Assembly: GCA_032718475.1 (NCBI GenBank)
Contig: JAUCBJ010001192.1
Location: forward strand, 1 to 36,768
Direction of reading: 5' to 3'
Source: Nemertoderma westbladi
Lineage: Eukaryota > Animalia > Xenacoelomorpha
Length of the DNA: 36,768 nt
Each line of letters starts with the position of its first letter. Position 1 is the first letter of the stretch. The notes beneath the pieces were generated by a model that saw nothing but the letters and a program-made list of their open reading frames with translations, ran no database searches and had not been told where the DNA came from. Both the position numbers and the translations under genes were made by a program. Positions 1 through 11,936 of this stretch are shown here, piece by piece.

Positions 1-1210
1 AAACGGCCACAATTTGGTTCGTTGCTTAGCCTAGTTTAGTAGCATTTGCCAATAAATAACTTCTATTCCCATGGAAACTAGAGTTCTCTGGAACTGTTGG
101 TTTTACCTTTGAAAAAAGATTCAGTCCAGATTGTTTTTCAGATAACACATCGAGTTTCAGAAAATATTGTAGTTTATGTCCAAATTACAGATTTTCTATC
201 AAAATGCATCTGTTTGCAGTGGTTGTCATGGAAACTGAAAAATAGAACAATGTAATTCGGATGCAGAATAAGTCATATAGTGGGGGTAGGTGTTGGTCCC
301 AAGTCATAATACTATTAAATTGTGCTTCAAATTATCATTTTATTAATTTTAACATCTGTTTACTCTTGTTGCTATGGTAAATGGATTTTCTAATTAACTT
401 CGAACGGCTTGTATATGGACCTTATAGATGAGTTGCAAAACCCCAAGTTTATATATATTACAGTTTTTCTCCAAATAGAGTTATGATTATAGACTTGAAT
501 GATATATAACTTTAAAAAAACTACAGTTACCATGGTAACTAGATATTTCTGGAATGTTTTGAGTTTCACTAAAAGTTCCAACTAGTGGTCCAGATAACAC
601 ATACCTAGTTTCGTAAAATTTTATCGTGAAGTCTATGTACAAATTAATAATTTTCGTATAAAAACATCTGTTTTCAGCGGTTGTCAAGGTAACTGCAAAA
701 TAGAACAATCAAATTCGGACGCAGAATAAGTTATATAGTGGGGGTAGGGATTGGTCCCAAGTCATCACACCTTAACCTTAGGCTTCAAATTAACATTTTA
801 AAAATTTTAACATCTGTTTAGCCCGGTTGCCAAGGTAACTGGATTTTCTATTTAACCTCAATCGGCTCTGCTATGGACCTTATAGTTGTGTTGAGAAACC
901 CCAAGTTTATATGTATTATAGTTTTCCTACAAATAGAGTTACAAATATTGACTTGAAATACATAGACTTTTTTCTAAGTCCGTTGCCATGGAAACCAGAT
1001 TTTTCCTGGAGATGAGACCCATCCCACACGACGCGCCTTGATGAGTTGTATATACATGCAAAATTTCAGGGTACTTTTAAAGGCTAGTTTTTTCCCCGAC
1101 CAAAAAAAAACAAATCTGCCCCATACAAGTAAAATAGCCCACTATGAATAGACCATCTCAGCTAAGGAAAATCTTTCTTAGCGAAAGTAGTTGATTTTCC
1201 TTAGCTTCGT
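1..1210 (-). mobile_element. Non-autonomous Helitron/Helentron-type (HINE/DINE-1-like) element, copy 1; its 3' end lies left of the window
   Basis: Near-identical to 1371-2580 (period 1370 bp, about 4 substitutions seen). Ends in the same subterminal motif ttttccttagcttcgt. Confidence 0.8.
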
Positions 1211-1316
1211 ATGGATGTAGTACCAGACGAACTGAAATTAGCTAAGGTTGTTCCTCTGTATAAAAAGAATAGTAAAGTAGAACCCTGTAATTACAGACCT
1301 GTTAGTATCTTAAGTA
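1211..1316 (+). mobile_element. LINE ORF2 fragment (pre-RT region), 5' part of the LINE that continues at 2584
   Basis: Translates VVPDELKLAKVVPLYKKNSKVEPCNYRPVSILS. Joins in frame to IVSKILER at 2584 when 1317-2583 is removed. Confidence 0.9.
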
Positions 1317-2583
1317 CTAGAAAGGCATTTCCTAAAGGAAATGCAACCACGAAGCTAAGGAAAATTAAACAAACGGCCACAATTTGGTTCGTTGCTTAGC
1401 CTAGTTTAGTAGCATTTGCCAATAAATAACTTCTATTCCCATGGAAACTAGAGTTCTCTGGAACTGTTGGTTTTACCTTTGAAAAAAGATTCAGTCCAGA
1501 TTGTTTTTCAGATAACACATCGAGTTTCAGAAAATATTGTAGTTTATGTCCAAATTACAGATTTTCTATCAAAATGCATCTGTTTGCAGTGGTTGTCATG
1601 GAAACTGAAAAATAGAACAATGTAATTCGGATGCAGAATAAGTCATATAGTGGGGGTAGGTGTTGGTCCCAAGTCATAATACTATTAAATTGTGCTTCAA
1701 ATTATCATTTTATTAATTTTAACATCTGTTTACTCTTGTTGCTATGGTAAATGGATTTTCTAATTAACTTCGAACGGCTTGTATATGGACCTTATAGATG
1801 AGTTGCAAAACCCCAAGTTTATATATATTACAGTTTTTCTCCAAATAGAGTTATGATTATAGACTTGAATGATATATAACTTTAAAAAAACTACAGTTAC
1901 CATGGTAACTAGATATTTCTGGAATGTTTTGAGTTTCACTAAAAGTTCCAACTAGTGGTCCAGATAACACATACCTAGTTTCGTAAAATTTTATCGTGAA
2001 GTCTATGTACAAATGAATAATTTTCGTATAAAAACATCTGTTTTCAGCGGTTGTCAAGGTAACTGCAAAATAGAACAATCAAATTCGGACGCAGAATAAG
2101 TTATATAGTGGGGGTAGGGATTGGTCCCAAGTCATCACACCTTAACCTTAGGCTTCAAATTAACATTTTAAAAATTTTAACATCTGTTTAGCCCGGTTGC
2201 CAAGGTAACTGGATTTTCTATTTAACCTCAATCGGCTCTGCTATGGACCTTATAGTTGTGTTGAGAAACCCCAAGTTTATATGTATTATAGTTTTCCTAC
2301 AAATAGAGTTACAAATATTGACTTGAAATACATAGACTTTTTTCTAAGTCCGTTGCCATGGAAACCAGATTTTTCCTGGAGATGAGACCCATCCCACACG
2401 ACGCGCCTTGATGAGTTGTATATACATGCAAAATTTCAGGGTACTTTTAAAGGCTAGTTTTTTCCCCGACCAAAAAAAACCAAATCTGCCTCACACAAGT
2501 AAAATAGCCCACTATGAATAGACCATCTCAGCTAAGGAAAATCTTTCTTAGCGAAAGTAGTTGATTTTCCTTAGCTTCGTGGA
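1317..2583 (-). mobile_element. Complete non-autonomous Helitron/Helentron-type element, copy 2
   Basis: Minus strand starts TC and ends CTAG, inserted between A and T with no TSD. 3' hairpin gcatttcc-taaa-ggaaatgc at 1325-1344. 19-bp subterminal inverted repeats at 1347-1365 and 2564-2582, plus an extra short IR at 2531-2543. Internal ~150-bp tandem monomers. Removing it restores the LINE reading frame. Confidence 0.85.
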
Positions 2584-4227
2584 TTGTATCTAAAATTCTA
2601 GAACGTTCTGTTTTTCTACAGCTGGAGGCACATCTTAGTAGGCTAAATCTGATCTATGAACTTCAGTCCGGTTTTCGTAAATCATATTCTACAGACACCT
2701 GCCTTATTAACTTAACTGATACAATTAGATGTAATAACGCAAAGGGTATATATACTGGTATGGTAATGTTGGACCTACAAAAGGCTTTCGATACTGTAGA
2801 TCACGAAATTCTGCTTGGTAATTTAGGCCTAATGGGTGTAGGTTCTATAGACTGGTTCAAGTCCTACCTGTCAGACAGAGGTCAAACTGTAGTCATTAGC
2901 AAATCGCTGTCTACTGTACAAGAGATTACCTGTGGTGTACCGCAAGGTAGTATATTAGGTCCTCTGCTTTTTGTATGCTATGTAAATGATATGATAAGTA
3001 GTATAGATCCCGATTTTAAACTCAGTTTATATGCCGACGACAGTGCTCTTATTTTCTCTCATAAAGATCCTATCCATATTTCCCAAAAGTTAAGTGCAGT
3101 TCTAGAATCCTGTAATGAGTGGTTGGTTGATAATAAGCTATCCATTCACTACGGTAAAACTGAAAGTATTTTGTTTGGTTCCAAAAGAAAGTTAAAGAAG
3201 GTAACTAAGTTTGAAGTCACTAGTAATGGACATAAGATTGAAAATAAAAAGGAAGTTAAATATTTAGGCGCCACATTGGATAACTGCTTATCAGGAGAAA
3301 GTACAGTGAAAAATATTTTCTCGAAAGTTAACAGTAGGCTTAGGTTTCTATACAGAAATAAAAATAGTTTGAACACCGACTCCCGCAAGTTACTTTGCTA
3401 TTCTTTAATACAGTGTCACATGGACTATGCGTGCTCTTCTTGGTATGAAGGCTTAACCAAACAGCTTAAATGTAAATTACAAGTAGCTCAGAATAAAGTA
3501 GTACGATTTATTAAAGACTACACACCTCGGCACCACCTAACTCCAGATGACTTTTCTGAATCTGGACTACTTAACTTAGATAGTAGAGTTAAGCAGCTAC
3601 GCCTTAACCATGTGCATAAAGTGTATAATGGTAAATGTCCCAATTACCTAAAACAAAAATTCAACACAGTACGCGATACACACTCTTACAGTACCAGAGC
3701 TAGTGCTTCAAACTTCTACCTCCCGAATTGTAAATCCTTTGAATCTGATACTTTCTTTTTTAACGGCATTAAAAATTGGAACGCTCTGCCTAATGAAATT
3801 AAAAACCTAAATAATCAACATTCTTTTAAATCTGCAGTTAAATCTCATCTCCGTGTGCAATGTAAAAATAGGTACAATAGTCCTACAGTAAGTTATTAGT
3901 TTATTAATTATTTACTATTTATACTGTAAATACGTTTTATAATAAATTGTTCTGTACATTACATCTTTATCGTTGAGTCGGGCATTGTCACGCTCTCGGT
4001 AAAGTTGTACATGTACATAGTGTAATTACGTTTTATATTGGTTTTAGGTTAGCGTAGTGTAATATTGTATTTGTAACCAAGTAACATAAAGGACCCCCTT
4101 GGAAATAAGCTGCAAAGCTTTAGGGGTAATCCTATATGTTATGTTGGACAATACCTTTATACCGGTACATTGTTTGGTGTATTTGTTATTGTTTTTACAT
4201 AATGTATAAATAAAATCTATCTATCTA
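2584..4227 (+). mobile_element. CR1/L2-group (Crack/Daphne-like) LINE, RT domain plus 3' UTR
   Basis: Frame is open from the 2584 junction to 3899 with [27 protein letters not shown] and KYLG motifs. 3' UTR ends in AATAAA plus an (ATCT)3 tail. Subclade assignment is tentative. Confidence 0.9.
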
Positions 4228-4380
4228 ACATGATATAACGTTCCATGACACAACTACATAACTATTTAGTAACTATGTCATTTCATGCCACAACAACATT
4301 AATTGCGACCACGTTCTTCATTGGGAATAAATTCACTGCAATTGCGGCAATGCAGTCCACTGCAAGTCTATAGGCCTAGG

Positions 4381-5420
4381 CATTCAGATCGGAACGCACA
4401 TTAACGTCGTTAGGTCTAGGCATTCAGATCGTAACGCACATTCACGTCGTTAGGTCTAGGTATTCAGATCGTAACGTACATTCACGTCGTTAGGTCTAGG
4501 CATTCAGATCGGAACGCACATTCACGTCGTTAGGTCTAGGCATTCAGATCGTAACGCACATTCACGTCGTTAGGTCTAGGTATTCAGATCGTAACGCACA
4601 TTCACGTCGTTAGGTCTAGGCATTCAGATCGTAACGCACATTCACGTCGTTAGGTCTAGGTATTCAGATCGTAACGCACATTCACGTCGTTAGGTCTAGG
4701 TATTCAGATCGTAACGCACATTCACGTCGTTAGGTCTAGGCATTCAGATCGTAACGCACATTCACGTCGTTAGGTCTAGGTATTCAGATCGTAACGCACA
4801 TTCACGTCGTTAGGTCTAGGTATTCAGATCGTAACGCACATTCACGTCGTTAGGTCTAGGTATTCAGATCGTAACGCACATTCACGTCGTTAGGTCTAGG
4901 CATTCAGATCGTAACGCACATTCACGTCGTTAGGTCTAGGCATTCAGATCGTAACGCACATTCACGTCGTTAGGTCTAGGTATTCAGATCGTAACGCACA
5001 TTCACGTCGTTAGGTCTAGGTATTCAGATCGTAACGCACATTCACGTCGTTAGGTCTAGGCATTCAGATCGTAACGCACATTCACGTCGTTAGGTCTAGG
5101 CATTCAGATCGTAACGCACATTCACGTCGTTAGGTCTAGGTATTCAGATCGTAACGCACATTCACGTCGTTAGGTCTAGGTATTCAGATCGTAACGCACA
5201 TTCACGCCGTTGGGTCTAGGTATTCAGATCGTAACGCACATTCACGTCGTTAGGTCTAGGTATTCAGATCGTAACGCACATTCACGTCGTTAGGTCTAGG
5301 TATTCAGATCGTAACGCACATTCACGTCGTTAGGTCTAGGCATTCAGATCGTAACGCACATTCACGCCGTTGGGTCTAGGCATTCAGATCGTAACGCACA
5401 TTCACGTCGTTAGGTCTAGG
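4381..5420. repeat. 40-bp minisatellite, 26 copies
   Basis: Unit (c/t)attcagatcgtaacgcacattcacgtcgttaggtctagg repeated head to tail with few variants and no spacers. Confidence 0.98.
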
Positions 5421-5590
5421 CCTACTAACTGTAGGCCTAACTGCTGACTATATTGTGGTACCGCTACCGCAATAACCAGATAATGAAAACTGAAATATAC
5501 TTTCAGAACGTGGTACAACTGCAAATTTGAAATTCCTTATAAATGAATTGTTGTGGGGTGGGTGACGGCGAATTAAATATATGTTATCCT

Positions 5591-5670
5591 TTATGATAAT
5601 GCTCTCCATAGCGAAAAATATAAACCGCCCCTATTGGGGCTCGAACCCGGTACCTAGGTTTCAAACTTCC
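5591..5670 (-). mobile_element. 5'-truncated inverted copy of the adjacent tRNA-derived SINE-like sequence
   Basis: Near-perfect reverse complement of 5798-5877, including the B box (ggctcgaacc at 5638-5647). Confidence 0.65.
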
Positions 5671-5748
5671 AAACGTTGTACTTTCCTATGAGTGACTGAA
5701 AAAGGCCTAAATATGATAGCCCACTCCATAACGAATAAATCTTCTACC

Positions 5749-5877
5749 GGCCTGGTAGCTCAGAGGTGTTAGGACACACACTCGGCTGATGATAACCGGA
5801 AGTTTCAAACATAGGTACCGGGTTCGAGCCCCAATAGGGGCGGTTGATATTTTTCGCTATGGAGAGCATTATCATAA
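5749..5877 (+). mobile_element. tRNA-derived SINE head
   Basis: A box tagctcagagg at 5756-5766 and B box ggttcgagcc at 5821-5830. Box spacing is too long and no cloverleaf is apparent for a true tRNA. Confidence 0.65.
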
Positions 5878-6104
5878 TGTAATATAACATAAATTTGAAA
5901 TTCCCACCACAACAGCTAAATATTTCATGACACCTCGACTTGAGTTCGCAATAAAGTTGTTGTGTCATCAAAAAGACACAGGTACATAATTGAATATTTT
6001 TATAAGACAAAATTATGACGTGAAGATATAAATACGTTTTAGGTTGAATATGTTTCGTGGGCGTAATGGGCTTCCGTACTATTGGCCACATAACAAATAC
6101 TCAC

Positions 6105-6242
6105 CGTTGCTCTGTAGTGCTGCGAGAATATCTGATGGACGTATCGTTTAATGATACTTGTTTTACCGGTCCCTAAATCTCCAATCACCAAAACCTTAAA
6201 GAGATGCTCCCTCTTTCTGTCACCAACAGAAGTCGGAGGCGC
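6105..6242 (-). CDS. RAB32: Rab32/Rab38-family small GTPase, coding exon containing the P-loop
   Basis: atttttag acceptor, gtgagta donor, 138 bp phase 0-0. Encodes APPTSVGDRKREHLFKVLVIGDLGTGKTSIIKRYVHQIFSQHYRAT, matching the Rab32/38 N-terminus. Later exons (IGVDFALK...) were not found in 1-6104 and probably lie left of the window. Confidence 0.93.
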
Positions 6243-6459
6243 CTAAAAATATTTTATATGAATCATCAAAACATTACACTAAAGAAAATAAATATAAACA
6301 AAACATATTTTTAACTGTTATAAACAATAACATGGTAGGCAATAAAAATATTTAAAAGGATACGAATAAGAATGAAACAGAAGAAACTTTTTACTATTAA
6401 ATGGAATTCATATTAAATTTTATATGTAAGGATACGGATCTAAGTTTATTTTTAGTACG

Positions 6460-6521
6460 GAATGTTAATGCCTCGTACGATAGTTGTTGGGAATGTTTAT
6501 GCATCGTACGATAGTTGTTGG
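6460..6521. repeat. Two-copy 31-bp tandem duplication in the Rab32/38 intron
   Basis: gaatgtt(a/t)atgc(c/a)tcgtacgatagttgttgg twice. Confidence 0.85.
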
Positions 6522-6628
6522 TTTTTTAGATTAAATAATTTTATGTTGCGACCAAGGCTTCATTAATGTGCGGTGCGTGTTAAGCTAAACGATTCAAATC
6601 AAATATAGAAGATTTACATATTACTCAC

Positions 6629-6718
6629 CATAATTACAATGAGGTTATGATTTATGCGTTTCCTCTTTGCTTTTGACTACAAACTGATTGTAAAACAGAT
6701 AAGGTTGACTGTGACCAG
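6629..6718 (-). CDS. RAB32: Rab32/38 upstream exon: 5' UTR ending exactly in the start ATG (6631-6629)
   Basis: ctttttcag acceptor and ATG|gtgagt donor. In-frame TAG upstream within the exon. Phase 0 matches the next exon, giving M-APPTSV... Confidence 0.75.
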
Positions 6719-7606
6719 CTGAAAAAGAATATGAGAAAATGTTATGGATTAGGTATGATTAATAATAGCCTCAATCAGAGACCATTACTGTTGATAAATT
6801 CAACTACAATGAATGACTACAGGAGTTGGTTTGGTATATAATATATACATGATAACATGGTTAAATATTTAATTAAATATTTCGGTTCCCCATAGCAGTG
6901 CAACGCCAGACCAATGGAAATAGTCAAATCAATTAAATGGTTGGTATGGGTTACGTGTAAGGCTAAGGAGACCACTCCCTATTACATAGTAAAGCCAGAA
7001 CTTTATACTAAAACATATTACGATGTAAACACACAATTAACATTTTCGTCCATATTAAAAACTAAATTAAACTAACCTTTATTGCTTGACAAAGTAGCAA
7101 AAAATATTGGAACGAAGCAAAATGATGAAACAAAAAGAAATTATGCAGTTGAAGTAAAGGAGACCTTAGCTTCACAGGATATCAGGTGATTGACCGTGAA
7201 TTGGTTTCAGTATATTTATTCCACAAGTAAAAGAGTTACAAAGATTAAATAATAAAAAAGATTAATTGATAGTTTAGGTAGAATACCTTCCAATCAAATA
7301 ATATATCGGAATTTGAATTTACATAATAAATTATATTATTAGTCAGAACAAATAGATATGACATTCCTCCTTAATTATAAGTACAACGTCCACACCCCTC
7401 AACTAACTATGACTGAGGCAACAAAGAATCCCCTACGAGTAAATACGATTAGATCAAAATTTATTTGATAAGAGATAAAAAATAGATGCAGATATATTAC
7501 GATGATATATATGTAACACTCATGTATTGATGTCATTGTTAATCCCACTGAGTGACCAGCCGAACCCAATACAGTCTGTAGGTTTGTTACACTCCATAAA
7601 ACTCCA

Positions 7607-7862
7607 TTGTAAAGGTAAAAAGTAAAGTGAAATTGTTGGTCAGTAATTACGAAGAAAGTCCTACGACTTAGATCCAGTGCGGTCCACACCACCCAGAACT
7701 TAAAATCTCCATAGGAAACTTTTACTCAATTAGGGACCACTCAAGGATGGAAGGTATAGATGAGGCCTGGCTAGCTAGTCCTTTAAAACATTATTTCCGA
7801 GATTAAAACTTATCTGGGACTACTGCAGGAGCTCGAACCTAGGACCTCTTAATCCCGAATTG
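7607..7862 (-). mobile_element. tRNA-derived SINE, 5'-truncated
   Basis: Minus-strand B box ggttcgagctc at 7829-7839, central ccttccatccttgagtggtc segment, and an (ACTTT)-type 3' tail at about 7607-7632. Confidence 0.55.
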
Positions 7863-7880
7863 GGAATTGCAGAATTCAAG

Positions 7881-7971
7881 ACAACGGATTAAACCGAAAA
7901 ACAGTCTGTAGATCGGCACTCCTCCACAACGGATTAAACCGAGTAACAGTCTGTAGATCGGCACTCCTCCA
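7881..7971. repeat. Two-copy 45-bp tandem duplication
   Basis: acaacggattaaaccga..aacagtctgtagatcggcactcctcc twice. Confidence 0.85.
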
Positions 7972-9185
7972 ATGAGAAACTATCCGAAAAGAGGGGGGAA
8001 GTACTTCAATGAACTCAAATAGACCGACCACGTTGCGGGTCCATCCTTCCCTTAACCGCAGGATAAAGTAATAACGTATGTACCATTTGCATGTATGTCC
8101 GACAAGAAAAGACAGGGTGTGATGCGAAAAGGAGAAGAGTACCTCTTAATTAGAACTGGCATGTACTGATGTAACAGTAACACTAACCCTTAGTCATAAT
8201 TTCTTATGTAATTTCTTAAATTATAACTTAGGGTAGTACTGCAGTAGGGGCCGTTGTTCAGTTGTTTTATTATAGTTGAGGCATGACCAATTAACCCTAA
8301 CCAAAATAATAATCCAAATCCCGGTACCATACAAACAGACCAAATCGCAAAATTGTATGCTAGGCCTGTAGCATGTAGGGCTACTGTCAGCAGTTGTTAG
8401 TTCTGTAGTTTGAGTAAAAATTTTAACCTACCACTCGCTACCAGCAACCAGCAGACATAGGCCTGGTACCTAATTATGTAATTACAGAATTATAAATATA
8501 TACCAAATAAAACTGAAGTAAGTTCAACACAGTCTGACCTGACAGTTACCGGTAATATTCTGATATTACAGTAAAATTATATAACATTGAATCAGGATAT
8601 ACAAAAACTAGAAGTTCTGCTTACTGCTGTACTGTAGATGACCTAGCCCAGTAGGCTACTTAATTATAAATACAATCAACTAGTGTTGTGTTGGGCTTGG
8701 CGTAGGTTTCCTACTACCTGACTACTGTACTAGTGTAGGCTCTGCCATATCCCTAAATGTAAGTAAATAGGTGAAAGCCAAATGAGTAATAATGTAGAAT
8801 TGATATTCCAAGACTGCAAGACCAAACGCCAAACCAATTAAAATTGAATTTGTAAACCAGTAATCATGTAATCACTGAATAAGGCACTTGGCAATGTTTA
8901 CGTTTTTTGTTATGAAATGTCAAAATGTCAGCTGTTTTACAGCTGATCAGTTCAGCAGTCCATTTAACCATCAATGCCTTGGGATAGCCAACATAAATGC
9001 AAGGTTAATGCAAAGGGAGAATGTAAGGAATGGGACATGGATGGGAACAGTGAACAAGGGATTCAAGTGCAGTTTAGCAGTTAGTAGTGCGTAGTGGTGG
9101 GGTGGGCCGTGGGAATGGTGGCAGAGAAAAATAGGAGCAAGTGCATATGATTCTGGGGGATTTTTTTTTTTTTTTTTACAAGTCT

Positions 9186-10343
9186 ATTATTATTATTATT
9201 ATTTATTAATATCATGAATAATTAATGCACATAAATGAGAATTACTATTTGTTTAACAACATTTTTTTAGTTATGGTTTCTTGTTGCAATTCTAAAATAC
9301 GCCGCAGACAAAGGCAAACAACATATATTGCCTCCGTACTACAACGCATACAGCCTAATCCCACACTCCCAGACCCAACCTGCCAGCGACACCCATACAT
9401 GTAACGAGTAGTAGTGCAAGACACGTTACAGAAACACATGCAACTAAATTACTTTAATACTTAATTTACAATATAATTATAATTATATAGGTGGGAATAT
9501 TTAAATGTAAATAAAATTATATACGTAATAATAACATATTACCACTACATATTCGAATCATTAGACCGTTGAATTGCAAGGAAATGCTTCTTCAATATCT
9601 TATTAAATAAATGTTTACTTCCATGAAAATTTTTTAATTTTACTGGAAGATCATTATATAAAGACATGCATTGATATAGTACAGTAGCCTTTGCAATATT
9701 TGTACTGTAGCTTGGTAAATGGTAATCAGTTTGTGATCGAGTTTTAAGTGATGAATATCTCGATTTATAAGAAGTTTAGATTTTAGTTCAATGGGCAAAA
9801 GAGAATTTGCCCATTCTGTATTTATACAAAAATATTACGCACTGAAAACGAAAGATATTGTTTAGCTTTAAAATGTTTAACTTTGAAAACAGTTCAGCAG
9901 TATGATGTTTGTAGAGTTTTAGAAGTATAATTCTAACAATTTTTTTTTGCAATTTTATTAATGGATTCAGAATAGTGTCAGTGGCATCGTGAGTACAGTT
10001 CCCCCATAATACCAGGCCATACCCAAGATAGGAAGCCACCAGAATATGGTATAATGTGAGACGAATCGCCTCTGGAACAAAATGCTTTATTTTATTAATA
10101 ATACCTATATTTTTTGCTATTTTTATTCTTATATAATTTATATGACATTTCCAAGATAATCAGTTGTGTAATATTATGCCCAAGAACTTAATTTTATCAG
10201 TCTCTTCAATTACCGAATTACCTATAGAGATGGAGAGATTTTCTTTTTTATTAGGTGCGGACGAATGGAAAATATTATATATTTAGTTTTAGTTATATTT
10301 ATTGACAGTTTATTTAATGCAAGCCATTTTGAAACTTTAGATA
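9186..10343 (-). mobile_element. 3' half of a CR1/L2-group LINE (post-RT region, 3' UTR, (AAT)n tail)
   Basis: Minus-strand translation SKVSKWLALNKLSINITKTK...KFLG...YGLVLWGN...KLQKKIVRII with stops and frameshifts. AATAAA plus (AAT)n tail at about 9186-9207. Confidence 0.88.
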
Positions 10344-10409
10344 CTGCATACAGTACTTATAGCACTAGGCCTATTGATAATGAAACAATTTACTGTCACA
10401 CAGGCCTAA

Positions 10410-10782
10410 CAGGATGATCTAATCAGGCGAGTTGAATGGTGTAACCATGGAAATTGCAGTTCAATGATTCCAAGTGCAAGGACATGCATCTAGGTTCTAG
10501 AAATCCCCAAGCAACTTACACAATGAATAGACGGCCACTTTCATCGGCAACCGAGGAACGTGATTTTGGAATTACATTTACACCAGACTTGTCCTTCACA
10601 ACTCACTGCACAAAGACTGCAGCCCGTGCCATGTGAGTCGTCTATTTAGTACTTTTACATATTTGGAAGCTCAGCCATCCGATGTTTACGCTGATATACA
10701 AATCCCTTGTTCGGCCTCTCCTTGAATACGGCACAGTTGTTTGGTCCCTTACCCCCAACGTATTGATCGTCTTGAATTGAAC
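10410..10782 (+). mobile_element. Degenerate CR1-clade LINE fragment
   Basis: QDDL...QFNDSKCKDMHLG...EERDFGI...YKSLVRPLLEYGTVVWSP is typical of CR1 post-RT sequence and contains stops. Confidence 0.8.
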
Positions 10783-11936
10783 AAGCACTTATTCCTTTTT
10801 CGGCTCATTCCAAAGTAAAGTACGGGACATTCGAACACAATTTTGAACTTTGATTGCCTGTACAATGTTATCCACAGCACATATGTGCACAAAATTGTGC
10901 TTGGATTGAACTTTCGAATATCAGCTTTGATTTCGCGAAGCTTATGGCGGGACTTAGTCACTTTTGAGAAAACACCAGCTTGTCCAATTAAGGTAAAGTA
11001 CGGATTCGTACGAAATGGGTTTTTTTATTTTATGATTTCAATTATAAAATTTAGCGAATTGTGCGCAGGTACGGTGTTGAGTTGATGTTTAGGATAAAGC
11101 TGTATTATTAAGCTTAAATAAAAATATAAATATCAGACGTATTGCTACATTGCTAATTTTTTACAGTGTGGTGTGTGTGGTAAAGTATGGGACATTGCTA
11201 AGTAAAGTACGGGACCTGTACGAATTTTATGGTCAAAATGGTCTCTTACACTTAACCTAACAGTAATTTCTGGATAATTTGTGATAATAAAGTGGAACTA
11301 AGTATTTCCAACTTAGATATGGATGCAAAATGTGGGGCGACCCACAAATTGACCCGAAGTCTTAGCATATGGGTGCCGTTGAGGAATTGTGTGTCATCTG
11401 TCTAATTTTTGATCGCTAATACTGTATAACTCCATACTTGGTACGTATGAAGTCTGTCAAAAGTTTGGAAATAATCTGAAGTTTAGGAATCAAATCAGAC
11501 ATTCTGTCTGTTGGTACCGATAGTTTCAGAATTTTGATAAAAACCGAAATAAGTCCGCCAATCATTGATGAAATACTGTATAACCAAACTTGGTACACAT
11601 GTATTCTGTGAAAAGTTTAGAAATTCTTTCCATTTTTCTAAAAATGTGTCAATTACTGTACTTACCGATCTTCTTATCTGCTAAAAAACTAAATTTTTTG
11701 AAATTTGTTGTAAAGTACGGGACTTTACATGCATAAACTCAAAGATTAGTTAACTGAGGAATGATTCTTAGTTCAAATACATACTTCTATGCTTCCCACT
11801 ACTATCACCCTAAAGCATTAATAACACTCCTGCCCTCCAGGTTTCATATATTACATTAATACAGTGCACTAAAATGTAATCGCCATTATAATGGTAAAGT
11901 ATGGGACAATTTTCAATTGGCCGTGATCATGATGTT

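Noticed and set aside
390-2078. Duplicated short ORFs (63 and 73 aa)
   Set aside because: Chance ORFs inside the non-coding Helitron copies with no recognisable motifs.
4381-5420. CRISPR array
   Set aside because: Units are contiguous with no unique spacers, there are no cas genes, and the context is eukaryotic.
5749-5845. tRNA gene
   Set aside because: A and B boxes are present but no cloverleaf is apparent, and the sequence continues into a repeated body, so it is treated as a SINE.
11754-11778. Hammerhead-like CTGAGGA, also near 19920
   Set aside because: No GAAA core or closing stems; part of an internal repeat of the DNA transposon.
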